Shown here: positions 35,880 to 48,437 of the stretch, piece by piece
Position numbering within the stretch: position 1 is the first letter of the stretch
Layout of the letters: each line of letters starts with the position of its first letter
Source of the DNA: Antedon mediterranea
Taxonomy: Eukaryota > Animalia > Echinodermata
NCBI RefSeq assembly: GCF_964355755.1
Contig: NC_092671.1
Coordinates: 6,262,001 to 6,326,000, forward strand
Direction: 5' to 3'
Length of the DNA stretch: 64,000 nucleotides
Position numbers and translations under genes: made by a program
Notes under the pieces: model-generated
Told to the model about the DNA's origin: nothing
Seen by the model: only the letters and a program-made list of their open reading frames with translations
Database searches by the model: none

Positions 35880-36296
35880 ATAGAAAATGATTCATGTCGT
35901 TGGTGGAACTACTGCGCATGCTGCTGCACATAAATACGCCAAAAATCTAGCGCAATCGCGGGAGATGCAAACACTGAACACATATTCGACGAAACAAACA
36001 CGGAAATTCACTGAATTTTATTGGAAATCATTCTTGTTGTTGGTGTATTTAATCGAACGCTAACTACTTCGAGTCAATACCTTTTTTCTCAACTTAACCG
36101 TAGTATAGTAGTAGAATCGGCTAGGCCTAGCCTTTAGCTAGCAAAACTCACTTGTCTGTAGGCGGCCTACACAATAAACGACGTCCATCTAGCTCAGTCA
36201 GTTAGTACTACTAAATCGCTTTGTCGTGAGGCCGGAGTAGCCTAGGCCTAAAGTACAAGTACGTAGTAGGCCTAACTGCAACACCTATCATCAAGC
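35880..36296 (+). promoter_or_regulatory. Putative promoter/5'UTR of the BID-like gene
   Basis: CpG-rich patch with TGCGCATGC (NRF1-like) at ~35913, directly upstream of ATG 36297. Confidence 0.5.
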
Positions 36297-39200
36297 ATGT
36301 CAGATCCGTTAGCCCACATTCTTGGGTTTTATTTTGCTGATGTATTGAAAGAATCCGGTAAGATATACAATATGTATTTATTATTTAATAATAATATATT
36401 TAAACATACAGTAGCTATGTTTAATCATTTCTCCATGGTTTAATCATTACACTCCATGGTTTAATAGTAGGACTCAGGAGATTACTTACTACTGTATTTT
36501 TCAGTATAGATGTTATATATTTATAGGTTAGTCCTACCCTATTTATTTTTTACTACTGTAGACAAAGCCCCTAGGAAAACATTTATTTAACTGTACCTAG
36601 GCCTACTCTTGGCCTAAAGAGCTAGAATAGGCCTATGTTGGACAGTATTAAATATTGTACTCTCTCGCACAAATTTAATCTTGACAGTTTTTTACTTCAA
36701 AATTACATCAAACAAATAAATAATAATTATATCTAAAAATGTGATGCTACAGTACACATGGTATAAAATTAAATGCCCACTATCCTATCCATCATATGCT
36801 GGAAAAAGTGTAATAATATGGCCCATAATATGGGTAGCTGTATAGTAGTGATTAAATCTAAAAAAATTAATTCAATTGCGGTGCATCATTCCACTCTAAA
36901 ATATTTACAATGTTAAATATTTGTATTTATTATGATGCAAGTTCAAAAATTATAATATTTTATAAACTATTGTGATTAATTATGTGGCCTTGGTTTGGCC
37001 ATCTGCCTAGTTGTGTTCATTTCAGACAACAATGTTTTTATGGCACATAAATATTTTCTTTTTCAAATAATTTGTGATAACTTTCAGTGCATTTTAGTTT
37101 CATACATAAATTAAAATAAATAATGATATCTTTAAAATATTCTTTGTTCCTTGTGAACACATTGTCTTATTTTAGAGTAATTTCTTAACAAGCTACTACT
37201 ATGCAGCATTGAATTAGAATAATGCTACTGACTGACCTAGGCAAGGCTTTACAGCTTACCTGGGAAGTACTGTAATATTATCTCAATGTTAATGAGTATA
37301 TCTAATTCATCCAGGTATATTGAATATTTTCAATTGGTTCACTAAGACTAGAGATTTCACTCTTCCTCCTTTGTACACTGGATATAAATGAAATATGTAA
37401 AGAAAACAAATTAACATTCTCTAAAACATAATGTTTACACCTGTATACCTGCCACCTCTCACGCATGAGGGCCGATTTTTTTTATGCCTCATGTATTGTA
37501 TATGTGGCTATTTTTTGCGCATCCATAAAAAATATTCAGAAAAACATTGTTTTGAAATTAACTTGCGTATTTTGATAAAATAACCTAGGACTACACGTTA
37601 TTAATTAATTTGAGCATAATTAGCCTTGACCTACAAGTATTGCATGGTTATGGTAGTACAGGAAAACAGAACTGAATTCTGCGAAAAATTATTTCTCGAT
37701 TATTTTGAGTTATTATAACATAGAGGGTGCTATATATAATTTTGATGTAATGTCTCGTGCATTGGCCACTGAAAAAGTTGGCAGGTACAGTACACTACTT
37801 CACACCTAATTTATAATATCGACTTTATATGAAAAATTCACTGATAAGCTGATATTGATAACAGCAAATGAACGAGTGCATAGTTCAGTACTAGTTACCA
37901 TAGATACACAGTGTGTTTATTATGTAATAACTTGCCCTTCATAATAATTGTTATTGATTTTAACAGCTAGGAAGGTTATTATGTAAATTTTAAATGTTTG
38001 ATTTTAGGTACTAATTCAGGAATCTAAATTTTAAATTTCTAGTTTTAAAAATATGAATCCTTTGAGATACCCCTACATTATTAAGGGAAGATTTCCAGTA
38101 AAACATTACATGGGAAAGTATATGTTTATGTTCAGTTATTTAGAGGACACACCTATTTAAGGAGACACTTTGTGGGATCCCAAATCATACAGTAAATGTG
38201 TCCTCTTAATACGGTTTTACTGGATCATTTACTACTACACATTGCTAACATTGGTGGTGCAAAGTATTGTAAATAATATATTAGATTGTTTAGAAAAGTG
38301 AAAAAAAAAATTCAATTTTAAAATATAGGAATTGTCTTTACTATTAGTAGATTTCAGATTTATAATATTCAAACTAGAATACTGACAAAAATCACCGACT
38401 TAGCACATACAGTACGAATAATAACATTGAACAACATAAAGAAAGACTAGATACTTGGGCAAGTCTAGAATTGTCTTTTTACCTTAATAGGTTTTCTATC
38501 ATGAATACAATGCATGGCTCTCTTGTGCCCCAAGGGCTTTCAGACCTCGCCATAGACATAGTACATATACCAACACATAGAATAATGTGTTGTAATAATC
38601 TACCTGCAGCTTGCTACAAAGTAAATATTTTTATTCAAAATTACTTGGAAATGAAATTGTAATCTTATCTTATCTTTACAGTTCATTTAAAATAACTTAA
38701 TTCTTAAAATAGTAAGTAATTTCTCTCAATGCCGATCAAATGCTTTATATTGTTTCCTTTTCCAGGTATTCTTTTGTTAAACTTTCTATAGAAATTCTAA
38801 ATATAATGATAAAGGCAAGGAATTTTATTATGAGAATGAAAGCTTAAAACTTATAGTGTTATTTACCCTAAGAATTTTTATTGTGGTTGATTGTAACTAA
38901 ATGTCATTACAAACTAGAATCACTATTTCTAAAAACTGTTTTCAGCATATTCACCTGATCATATTCACCAAAACTATAACTAGGTTTAACTGTTTCAACA
39001 AACAGGTAAAGATTTTCCAGATGGAATGGTCAGTTATCAAACAACGAACAAAAACAGTATAAACATGAATAACTCGGCCACATCATGGCTACAGGTGGGT
39101 GGAGGTGACGGAGGCTATGACATGGTGGATGGAGACAATAATGTGGAAGAATCGCACGATGATGCCATGACAAATTTTGAAGGTACAGTAATTTTTGGGG

Positions 39201-40193
39201 TTATCCGCACTTTGCAGATAACCCTTGTTATTTTTTTTTTCCTTATTTATTCTTCTTTCTTTCAACGAATTTTGTTGGCAGCGTATGTCTAATTCTTGTT
39301 AACATAAGATGAGATAACTTTGTCAGAAGATTGACCTCTATCTCTAGATGTGCAAGAAACTTCGTTATATGACTTTAGAGTCGCGCAGAGTAAGTTACGC
39401 GCGATTTTATAAATTTCACGTATTTAACATAGATCGAAAACCATATAACAATTTAAATTGAAACTTAACAAAGTGTAATTTATATCATGCGCTAACTTTC
39501 TGTGGAAAGAAATAGAATGTTTTACAGAAAGTTACGCGCGGCGGATAACCTAACTCCTCCGTAGTGACGAGTTAAAATCTAGTTTTCTTTGTACTTTTCC
39601 CAGCTAGCTTAATGAAATCATTATATGGCACCCTTCCAAATGATTTGTTATCTAACTTCTTTGCCCCACCTAAAGTCCACACAGTTTTGACCATTATTCC
39701 TTAACTTTTCCATTCAAACATGAAAGTGTTTTTTGTTGGGGTATATCTTCAATTAGCCTTATATTGTAGTGTATATTTCTTCCTTTTCTACCGTTTTGAT
39801 CATTATTAACTAATAATGGATAATAACTATTTTTAGGCTCGCTGATAAGCATTCGATTAGAATTTTATAGTCTATGTTTAAAAAGGAAATTTAGTATTCA
39901 CATAGTAGCTATTAATAATTTCAGATATAGCAAAGATGCTGGCGAAGATTGGAGATAACGTGAACGAAAAATATAAACTACCAAAATTCAACCCAAAGAC
40001 GAGCTTCGACAGCCAGGTTGTTAGTTTATTGGCGGAGCGAGTGGGTGACTCGGAGGTTCAACAAGTCGCTCTTGTTCTACGCTTCACCAAGGACGTTTTG
40101 AAGACCGCTGCTAATCCAGAAAACATTCTTAGTAAAACCCGGAGTTTTATCGCAGGGCATTTTGCAGGATGGGTCCGACAGTATGAAACATAA
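36297..40193 (+). CDS. Short BID-like Bcl-2-fold protein (~163-168 aa), tandem paralogue of the upstream gene
   Basis: Exons 36297-36357, 39006 (or 39021)-39182, 39925-40193, all joined in phase 1. N-terminal helix MSDPLAHILGFYFADVL, loop with DMVD|G, BH3 FEDIAKMLAKIGDNVNEKY, QVALVLRFTK identical to the upstream paralogue; ends FIAGHFAGWVRQYET*. Confidence 0.8.
39192..39582 (+). mobile_element. DINE-1/HINE-like non-autonomous Helentron element
   Basis: Sub-terminal inverted repeats GGTTATCCGC (39199) / GCGGATAACC (39541), partial IR after the 5' copy, pyrimidine microsatellite, imperfect 3' hairpin AACTC..GAGTT, ending CTAG in T-rich flanks. Confidence 0.6.
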
Positions 40194-40447
40194 ATGGCAA
40201 GAAAGGATTGCATCAATTTGCCGTATCCGATTCACACCTTCTAACACAAAAACATGACTACAGAATCTCCTGGGATAACAGTATGCTTTCACACTGTGAA
40301 TGTAAAGAAATTTCTGTGTAAAAAAATTAGAAAGATACACCCAGTTATCTGCGTTTTAGATTGATGGAATATTTAAAGATTACAGACTTGTTTTAAAATT
40401 TGACATTGAAGGTACCAAGTTAACAATATGTTGCGTGTGCATCAGAG

Positions 40448-40692
40448 TTGTGGCTTGATGTTTATGATGATTGGCCGCCAATCCAAATGTCCTGGGTCCA
40501 AGTCCTGTCATGTCAGGATTTTTTCTAATGACAATTTACAACTCCACTCTCAAAGACTTGTAATAAGACTTTGTTTATGTATCTTGTGTATGTGAACATA
40601 TATATGAACGGGATTGCCACTTTTAGGATAGTGAATGAATTTGCTTATGGTTATCCTTCTTGGCAATTTGCCTAAATATATAAACAAAACAA
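40448..40692 (+). mobile_element. tRNA-derived SINE (family C) downstream of the BID-like stop codon
   Basis: Degenerate box A (GTGGCTTGATG) and box B (GGTCCAAGTCC); body homologous to 33188-33331. Confidence 0.55.
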
Positions 40693-42209
40693 ATAAGCTC
40701 TTTACTTTTCAAGATTCCAATTTTTTGATGGTATTATGGTAAGAAAGGCAAGACTTTATATATTTATCGTTTCAAATTAATTAATTAAATTTCAGTATAT
40801 CACCGGGCGGTTTCGAATTAATGTTCATTGCCTAATGTGTTTATATATATATATATATATATATATTGAGGCAGTTTTAACTTATTTGATCTTGATTTTT
40901 TTCTATATCCTGCCTATGGAGCTCTTTGATTTATATATATATATATATATAGGTATTTTATTCATAAAAAAACCCATCATGTTTTAGGTGCTTTTGCCAT
41001 CTATTATGAAAGCTTTAAAACTTTTAGGCGAAGTACAATTTGAAATGTATTGTACAACTAGAAGAAATCTGGGATTGTTTTCTCTAACATTGTTTGCCAT
41101 ATTTATTTATTTCATACTATTTATATAAACAATCATGAGACTGTTTAATTGACTGTAAATTTATGAAGTTGTAGTAATGTAAAAGTGTAATTTAATAATA
41201 GTACAAAAATTGCTTTAAGACTAATATTCTTCAAACTGTTATACTGGGCAAAAGTCCCTGTATAGTGCAGAATGGCATTCCTGTATATTTTAATTCATTA
41301 TGCAATTATTTTTAGACTAATGACTAGATTTTTGTTAATTAAATTAATTAATAATTGTTAAATAAGTTAAGTTATATCTGCAAACATGCTCAATGATTTC
41401 CAGTCATGTTAGCACCTTTGTATCATATGCAATTTAGTAGGTTTTCAATGTGTAAAATCAACCGTAATTTAAATTTAAATCATGTATTTTGAATGCATAC
41501 ATTTTATATATTATTTGATGAATTACTGAACTTTTTTTGATAAACTAATCTATATGTTTACTGAATCAATGCTGCATACAATCTCATTACCTAATCACAT
41601 GGAGTTTTAATACTGTAGATAAATACTATTAAAGTTAATGTACTGTATTGAAGATTGAAAAGGCTGAGTAAATAATTATGGTATGCCATTAAGTCATTTT
41701 GGGATTTCACTAGAAAATTTGGGAAATCCACTTATCTTAAGAAGTGCATCTTTTACCAGTGATTCAATGTGATCCGATGTAAATTGTATGTCTGATGTCA
41801 GAAATGTTGTTAAAGTATCTAACAAATGTGGCCCTATATAAAACTTACATACAGAAGAATGAAATAGTTTTTTCATTACGATTTTAATTTATATTAGTTA
41901 TAAATTATGTAGTTTCGTTTGTTTTATACCGTGCGGTATGTACCATTATGTCTGTAGTGGTAAAGGATTGCTAATCCAATATATGTACTTTTCCGTTTTT
42001 AGATTAGTTAGGCTTCTGTTTGTCTTGTAATACATAGTGTACAGTAGAACCATTCCCCTCCCCCCCCCCCCCAATTTAGAGGACACCCCCCCCCCCCAGT
42101 CCCTCTTATAACCGAACACTTTCCGAGATACGAAATAGAGGAAATATAAAATACTACGGACAACCTCTATTCAAGGCACATTTTGTTGGATCCCGAAGGT
42201 ATTCACTAA

Positions 42210-42383
42210 GGCCAATTTACACAGACGAGTGTTAACGGAATACAAATATATAAATCTGTTATTCCTTATGACCTTTCATTTAGCGGACGGGTGGTTTCCT
42301 CTGAGGATAGATACAGATTAGTGAGTAGTAGTGGGACAAGTTTTCCGCTCATAACTGTTACCGCTCGTCTGTGTAAATTTGCC
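42210..42383. mobile_element. Harbinger-like MITE
   Basis: TIR GGCCAATTTACACAGACGAG / CTCGTCTGTGTAAATTTGCC in a TAA/TTA context. Confidence 0.65.
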
Positions 42384-43269
42384 TTTATACTTAGTTGTGT
42401 TTGTTTTTAATATACCGTAATACTGTTAAAGGATCGTTAGATACACCTTTCCTTTTTAACGTAAGATGTGGAAAGGCATATGACCAGGAAAGAGTAATAT
42501 TACAATGTGGTTACACTACAGTCATGGAAATAGGTCCATGCTACAGTCAACCTGTCTATTACGGAAACATCCATTAGGGGACACTTGTTGGGGTTTTCCC
42601 TTTTCTCTATGACAATAAACAACAAAAATACTACAAAATGTGAACACGTCAGAAAAAAGTTATTTATTTTTGAACAAAATTAAATACCGCGTTCACAATC
42701 ATTGGTCCTACTGTTAGATGCTTTTACTTTTATACCATATATTAAATTGAGCTGATGCTTATGCCTAACGGGTTTAGATTTCAATCCAACTAACTTTTTT
42801 TTATTAATACGGATACGAATCATTTTTATTGCAATTTAAAATCATAATTTGAAGTTTAAACTAAGAATACTAGGACTATCTTAATCTAACCCTCTGTTGA
42901 ATACTGATATTGGAATGTACAGGAAAAGTGGGTGTTTCAACGAAGCAAACAAAATAAAAGCAAATATTTAATACTAAACCGTGTGAACTGGGTTTATATT
43001 GTGTAGCGATGAACCCTGTAGAAAACACTACAATCTATGACACCACGTATACATTGCAAGCATGTTTATAGTTTATAGTTGTAGTCCTATTATCAAGATA
43101 CAGGAATTTAATTCACTTAAAATGAAAACTTCACTTCCATAGTATATGAACGTAGTTTAATTACGCAAGAAACATTTTTTATAGCAAAAACTAGCTATGC
43201 GTCATACAATTTATACAGTGCTATGTGAACGCACCAAACATGATTTAATATGAAAGTCCGTTGTTTATA

Positions 43270-44631
43270 TTATGGGCTGAATCGTAACTTGTCGATGGTA
43301 TCCATGTCAATGTTGCTCTCGGAATTTCGCTTAACTCCACGGTCTCCTTTGACGCAGACATTGTAAGATGAAAAAAAGCTGAAAGAAATTACCAATAATA
43401 ATCAAATTCAATACATAATTGTTATTTAAGCTTGGTTGACACTGGAGAGGCACAACACAAGGATGTAACGCAACAATGTCGCACATCTCACGTTTTTCTT
43501 CGGAACAATGAAAAAACTATTGAAATAAGGCCTAGAAATTGTCGTTAACAAAAATTATAGTGTATCAAAGATTCAACCGATCAAAGCGTTCGGTTTAAAT
43601 TTAAATTCGTCGTTAATTTCATTCGTCAATTTACGTGACGCAATTTTGATGTGCGGAAAACCGGCCTAGTAATAATAATAGAAAATGCATTTTTCTGCCA
43701 TCGGTGAAATAAGCCATCATTAATATTTAAAGTCTCTCAGTTGCAAATAAAGTACCGGTATGATTTATATCTTTATAATATACGGTACCTACCCGACATC
43801 TTCGCACACTAGCGAGTCTTCACAGGGACAGTCAGTCGGTGGTGAATTGGGCAAAATAGAATTCAACCAACTCTGAAAACCGGAGTCACAAAGTTCACCC
43901 GTCCGGGCAAGCGGCTTGCAAACTTTTATTAATGAATCTTTGGAAAACAAATAAGAGAAATTATGAAAACCAGGAATATTGGTTAATGTACAGTAGGCGT
44001 ATTACATCGATGTTATCTTCACCGTAAAACACGCAGATTCCTGCGTAGCTTTAGGTATATCTTGGTAAACTGTTACTGTTCGTTTCCGTCGTTAACAGCC
44101 CTTCGAGACGATAACGTCCATAAACGAAACAACGCTAACCTATACCGGTAATTAAATAGGCTAATTTGGCTAAATAGGCAAATTAAAATAATATTACGTA
44201 TACGAACCTGACATAGCGGCACAGCACATGTTGTCGTCACAATCCTCATTCTCCATACAGGTGGCTCCGATATCGCCCGCTACTTTGTTGGAGTTGCACT
44301 GACCAAAATAGCAAATAGAATCGGCGCAGCATTGCTCATGACGATTACACATGCCGTCCTCGATGAGACAACGCCGACACTCTGATCCATAGAAACCGCC
44401 GTCCATGCAGAAGTGATCGTCCGTGCAGTCTGAATCCTCGGAGCATTTCTGAAAAATAAATCGTCATCATCAACATCATTATCGTTATTAGTTATCATTG
44501 TTGTCATTGTTTTATTTATTGTCGGCCAGCGCCATCATCTTAGGTCTCTTTCATCACGTCGGTTTTGTTTCTTTGCTGTTTATCGTTGTCATCCCCATCC
44601 TCTCATTGGTTTTATTTCATCGTCGTCGTCG

Positions 44632-44668
<37 letters not shown>

Positions 44669-46087
44669 TATCATTGCATTATCATCATCGTCATCGGCAT
44701 CAACATCGTCGTCGTCGTCGTTATCATCGGCATATACATCATCGTCATCATCATCACGACACGCGGTCTGTCCTTATCCAGTCCTTATCTAGTCATTGCA
44801 ATGTCACGGCTTTCGGTGAAAATCAAGATTTAGTTTTACCATAGAGATATTAATATCTCTATGGTTTTACGCATCTATTCGACTATTGTTGGTGCAATGC
44901 AATTAAAAGTCGCTTTAAAATATGTATTAAAGCTTATAGTAATGGTACGGTGGTGTTTTTTTTTCTCTATAACATTTCAGTCAAAGGTCCGTCTAAATGC
45001 GGAATTTTATTTCAGACAAAAGAAAAATTAAAACGTACGTAATCTGCGTCTACATTGTGAACCTCTTCGGACATAATCAATGATTTACTTCCATTTGGTA
45101 GTTGCATAATAATTACAGATGTATTTGTTTGAATTGTGTAATTTCCCATATCTTTGGTTACTGATGTTCCATTTATCGTATAGTTTCCTACGGGAAAATC
45201 GTCATCATAAAATTCTATCCATTCATCATCTATAAAAATAAGAAAAGTAAACGTAAGGTAAAAATACCGACACACGATACGTCAGCTTCTGATGTGATTA
45301 ATTATTATATTTTTGGCCTATCGATCAATAATTTAGTTTAAATAAGTTATTCACTTTCGAAAAAAAAAACACAAACAACACACGATTTTACTTATAAAAA
45401 GAATTATAACCAGTTTGTTGTTTCGTTATAATATATTATAATATAAATAAATATTAAAATGGCATATTCAACAACAACCACTTTTCAGGACACTATATTA
45501 TATATTATTTACATTAAAAAACCTGTCTATAATATACTACATGTATTTTCGTGGCGATCGAGAAAGTTCAGTTTCTACATCTTAAATTGAAGCAACCATC
45601 CTTCCTCACAGATTGCTTCTTCCCTTTATAAAATATTAAAATGGCAAATTCAACAACAACCACTTTTCAGGACACTATATATAATTATATTTACATTCAA
45701 AAACCTGTTTATCTATAATATACTTTATATATTTTCGTGGCGAACGAGAAAGTTTATTTTTCTACATCTTAAATTGAAGCAACAAACCTTCCTCACAGAT
45801 TGCTTCTTTCCTTCAAAATGATGAATGCAACATTTTGAAATAAATTTATAAAAGTAATACAATCATTTACCTTCGATATCGTCCGGTACTTCATTCAATT
45901 TACTTAGAAGCTTGTCCAACCTCTTCGATATTATATCAAACAAACTTGATCCTAACCCACCATTAACAATGTCCGAATCAAATTTCCCCCGCCGTCCACG
46001 TAGAAGATTTGGCCCAGCACTAGCTAGGTTAATGACAAGTGCACAAAGTACAAGAACACCGCCGAAAGATCTCACTAAAGTCATCAT
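43270..46087 (-). CDS. DKK3: Dickkopf-related protein 3-like (secreted Wnt modulator), 5 exons, ~300 aa
   Basis: Exons 46087-45871, 45229-45039, 44448-44208, 43937-43793, 43378-43270; total 903 nt. Signal peptide, soggy-like region (FPVGNYTINGTSVTKDMGNYTIQTN...IMSEEV), CRD1 (CSEDSDC..FC...CRRC....CNRHEQCCADSICYFGQC) and closely spaced colipase-like CRD2 (GDIGATC..CCA..VCKPLARTGELC..CPCEDSLVC). Confidence 0.88.
44460..44760. repeat. (CAT/CGT)n trinucleotide microsatellite in DKK3 intron 2
   Basis: Directly visible; it accounts for the poly-His and poly-Ile ORFs in the track. Confidence 0.9.
45450..45812. repeat. ~180-bp tandem duplication in DKK3 intron 1
   Basis: AATGGCA.ATTCAACAACAACCACTTTTCAGGACAC...CCTTCCTCACAGATTGCTTCTT occurs twice. 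Confidence 0.9.
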
Positions 46088-47138
46088 TGTATAAACGGAG
46101 AGAAAAGGCTATAGACCTATAATACTTCGAAGTTTCTAGATGTGTGTTGTTCACTAAATAAAGTAGTCTGTGTTATTTATTTGTTCTGGTGACAAACATC
46201 AGCAATCTGATGACGATCAACAGATGTTACAAATTATTAATCAATAATTATTTTCGATTGAATATTGTGTTTTGTTATAAATTGTCGTGTTGTTATAATT
46301 ATACCTATTCAAATGCAGCCAGTTGGTTCAATGATTCGGAATTACGTAGAAAGTCCCATTTTTATGATGTGTTTCCTTTCAAATATTTAATTAGGCTAAA
46401 TGTAATAAATGAATGAGTAAAACTGGTCTAAAATATCTCCCCTAGAAACCCGTCCAGCTACAGCTGACCGTTTTATTCATAAGGTTGTGTAGGCTAGGCC
46501 TGAATTAAAAAAAAAATATAAAAATGATAAAGAACTTTAATTTTGCTGATAAATTCTTACAATTTGTTAGGCGGCTAGGCCTATTTATTTAGGTAGACAG
46601 ATCAAATTAATAAACGTTATTAGAATTAATTCTTATTAGGCGTTATATTATATTTTGCTCGTGTGTAATCATAAGTGTGTAGGCGACAGATGATGACGAT
46701 TAAAATAATGCTTGACCTGTTATCATTTATACATGTGTACTTTTGGGTCGTTAAATATATATCAGATAATTTGTATGTGATTAAGTTCTAAGCTTTAAAT
46801 GATCAATATCTGTAATGAATAGGAACTAAAATCCATTAGAATTAGTCAAGCTAAGCAGGGAGTTGTTATTAGATGGAGTAACATCATAGTATGTTCTTTT
46901 GATCAGTCTACTTTTCCGACAGGAAGTAAAATAGATAAGACTTAATCCCCGATAAACAGTTCCTCATCAAATAAACAATTTTCCCTGACGTAATCAATGA
47001 CACGCGCATGCGCAGAAAAGTCAAAGTTGCTTCGCTTCGCTTGAATAACTCTGGCCTACGTCACACATCGTCATGGTGTTTCAGAAAGCCAGATGATACA
47101 ATCGCGACACACAATGACAACTGACGACTTCTATACCG

Positions 47139-47966
47139 ATGTACGTAGACTTTTCCGATTTAGATTTCGATGATAGCGATTTAGAAGATGTTGATCTAAA
47201 TGAAAATGTGCCAATGTATTGCCCATGTGGGGAAAGTTCTGACGATCAAATGATCGCTTGTGAAGGAAAAGCATGTCCTAATGAATGGTTCCATTTTGAA
47301 TGTGTGAAGCTCACTGCTCACATCTTCTGAAGTTCCAGCTGGCAAATGGGTTTGTGAGCAATGCTGTCAACAACACGACGTTAATAATATTGGGCATAGG
47401 CCTGGCTCAAGTAGGCCTAGTGTTAAGCGACCTAGTAGTAGTACTACTACTCAAGAAACAGGTTAGTAACTGGTGTAGCCTATTCAATATTTGATACTAC
47501 TGCAGCCTACCGTTCCTAGCTAGAATCTCTAGGAAAGAAAGGAGGCCTTTTACGTTGCCTTTTTTTTACAGGTATTTATTCATTGAACTTTAATATTTCA
47601 TCAGGAAGGAAGGGAGGGACGGTCAAGTAGGGGCTAGGCCTACCCCAATAAAAACAACTTTCTGATGATGCAGTATTATTTCCATTTATTAATTATGACC
47701 TGGGCTGTCACTACTGACAATTGGGAAGATTTATGTATTTTTCATTTGTTAACAAATGCCGGGAGTTAAATTGACAACGCCTGATTAAATGTATGACCAG
47801 GGAGTTATGTTAATTGTTTTTTTTTTCAATTCTAGACAAAGATGTTCCTGCACAGACCAGGGAACTCCCTGCACAGACAAAGAAGAAAGGGGCTACAGTG
47901 CAGAAGAAAAATCAAGTACTGAACAGTACTGTATATCTAAATGTAACCAAGGCTTTTAATGAATGA
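47139..47966 (+). pseudogene. Transposon-borne ING-type PHD finger gene, frameshifted
   Basis: YCPCGESSDDQMIACEGKACPNEWFHFECVKLT. Removing 7 nt at 47309-47315 restores ..SSEVPAGKWVCEQC. Donor at 47462, second exon 47836-47966, AATAAA at ~47976. Confidence 0.8.
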
Positions 47967-48036
47967 TATACTGTAAATAAAAATAATCGATATACTGAGT
48001 CATTTTTTAATTCTTTGTATTGTATTAAATACATAT

Positions 48037-48437
48037 TTAAAAATAAATACATGTACAATCATGTACAAATAACAATGTTTGTAAACATGTGTTTGTCTTC
48101 TCCTTTCCAAAGAATGTATCCCATTTGAGATGCAATGCAACTACTGCTGCCTCACAGAAAAAAGATTCTTCTGTCTGTTTTTCACTGGAATCAAAATCAG
48201 CAAGGTTTATTCCAATTTTTACATCCTTCTTTTTAGAGCGCATATTCTTCTTCCATGTGTCAAGTTTTACTCTACAGTTGTTACAACTGTATGGTGGGAG
48301 AATATCCGTGTTCACATCTACTTAAGTTGTAGTGCACGCTGGATTAAATCTGAATAATCAGATTTCAAAATTAGACGTCTTGAGTCAGATGCAGCAGTCT
48401 CTCGCCCACATAAACGACAAATAGCCTGTATTTCCAT
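48037..48437 (-). pseudogene. Transposon-borne C2C2 zinc-binding domain gene (RAG1 N-terminal/Chapa-like), frameshifted and truncated
   Basis: MEIQAICRLCGRETAASDSRRLILKSDYSDLIQRALQL, frameshift at ~48320, then VDVNTDILPPYSCNNCRVKLDTWKK. Acceptor at 48455-48456; upstream donor at 48993. Confidence 0.65.

Noticed and set aside
33188-40692. Shared SINE as a marker of the Bcl-2-like gene duplication
   Set aside because: The paralogues are far more diverged than the SINE copies and their flanks do not align; independent insertions are more likely.
44498-44833. Poly-His / poly-Ile ORFs
   Set aside because: Translations of a (CAT)n microsatellite in a DKK3 intron.
47139-47330. Host ING-family gene
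   Set aside because: No ING N-terminal domain, frameshifted, and enclosed by transposon TIRs.
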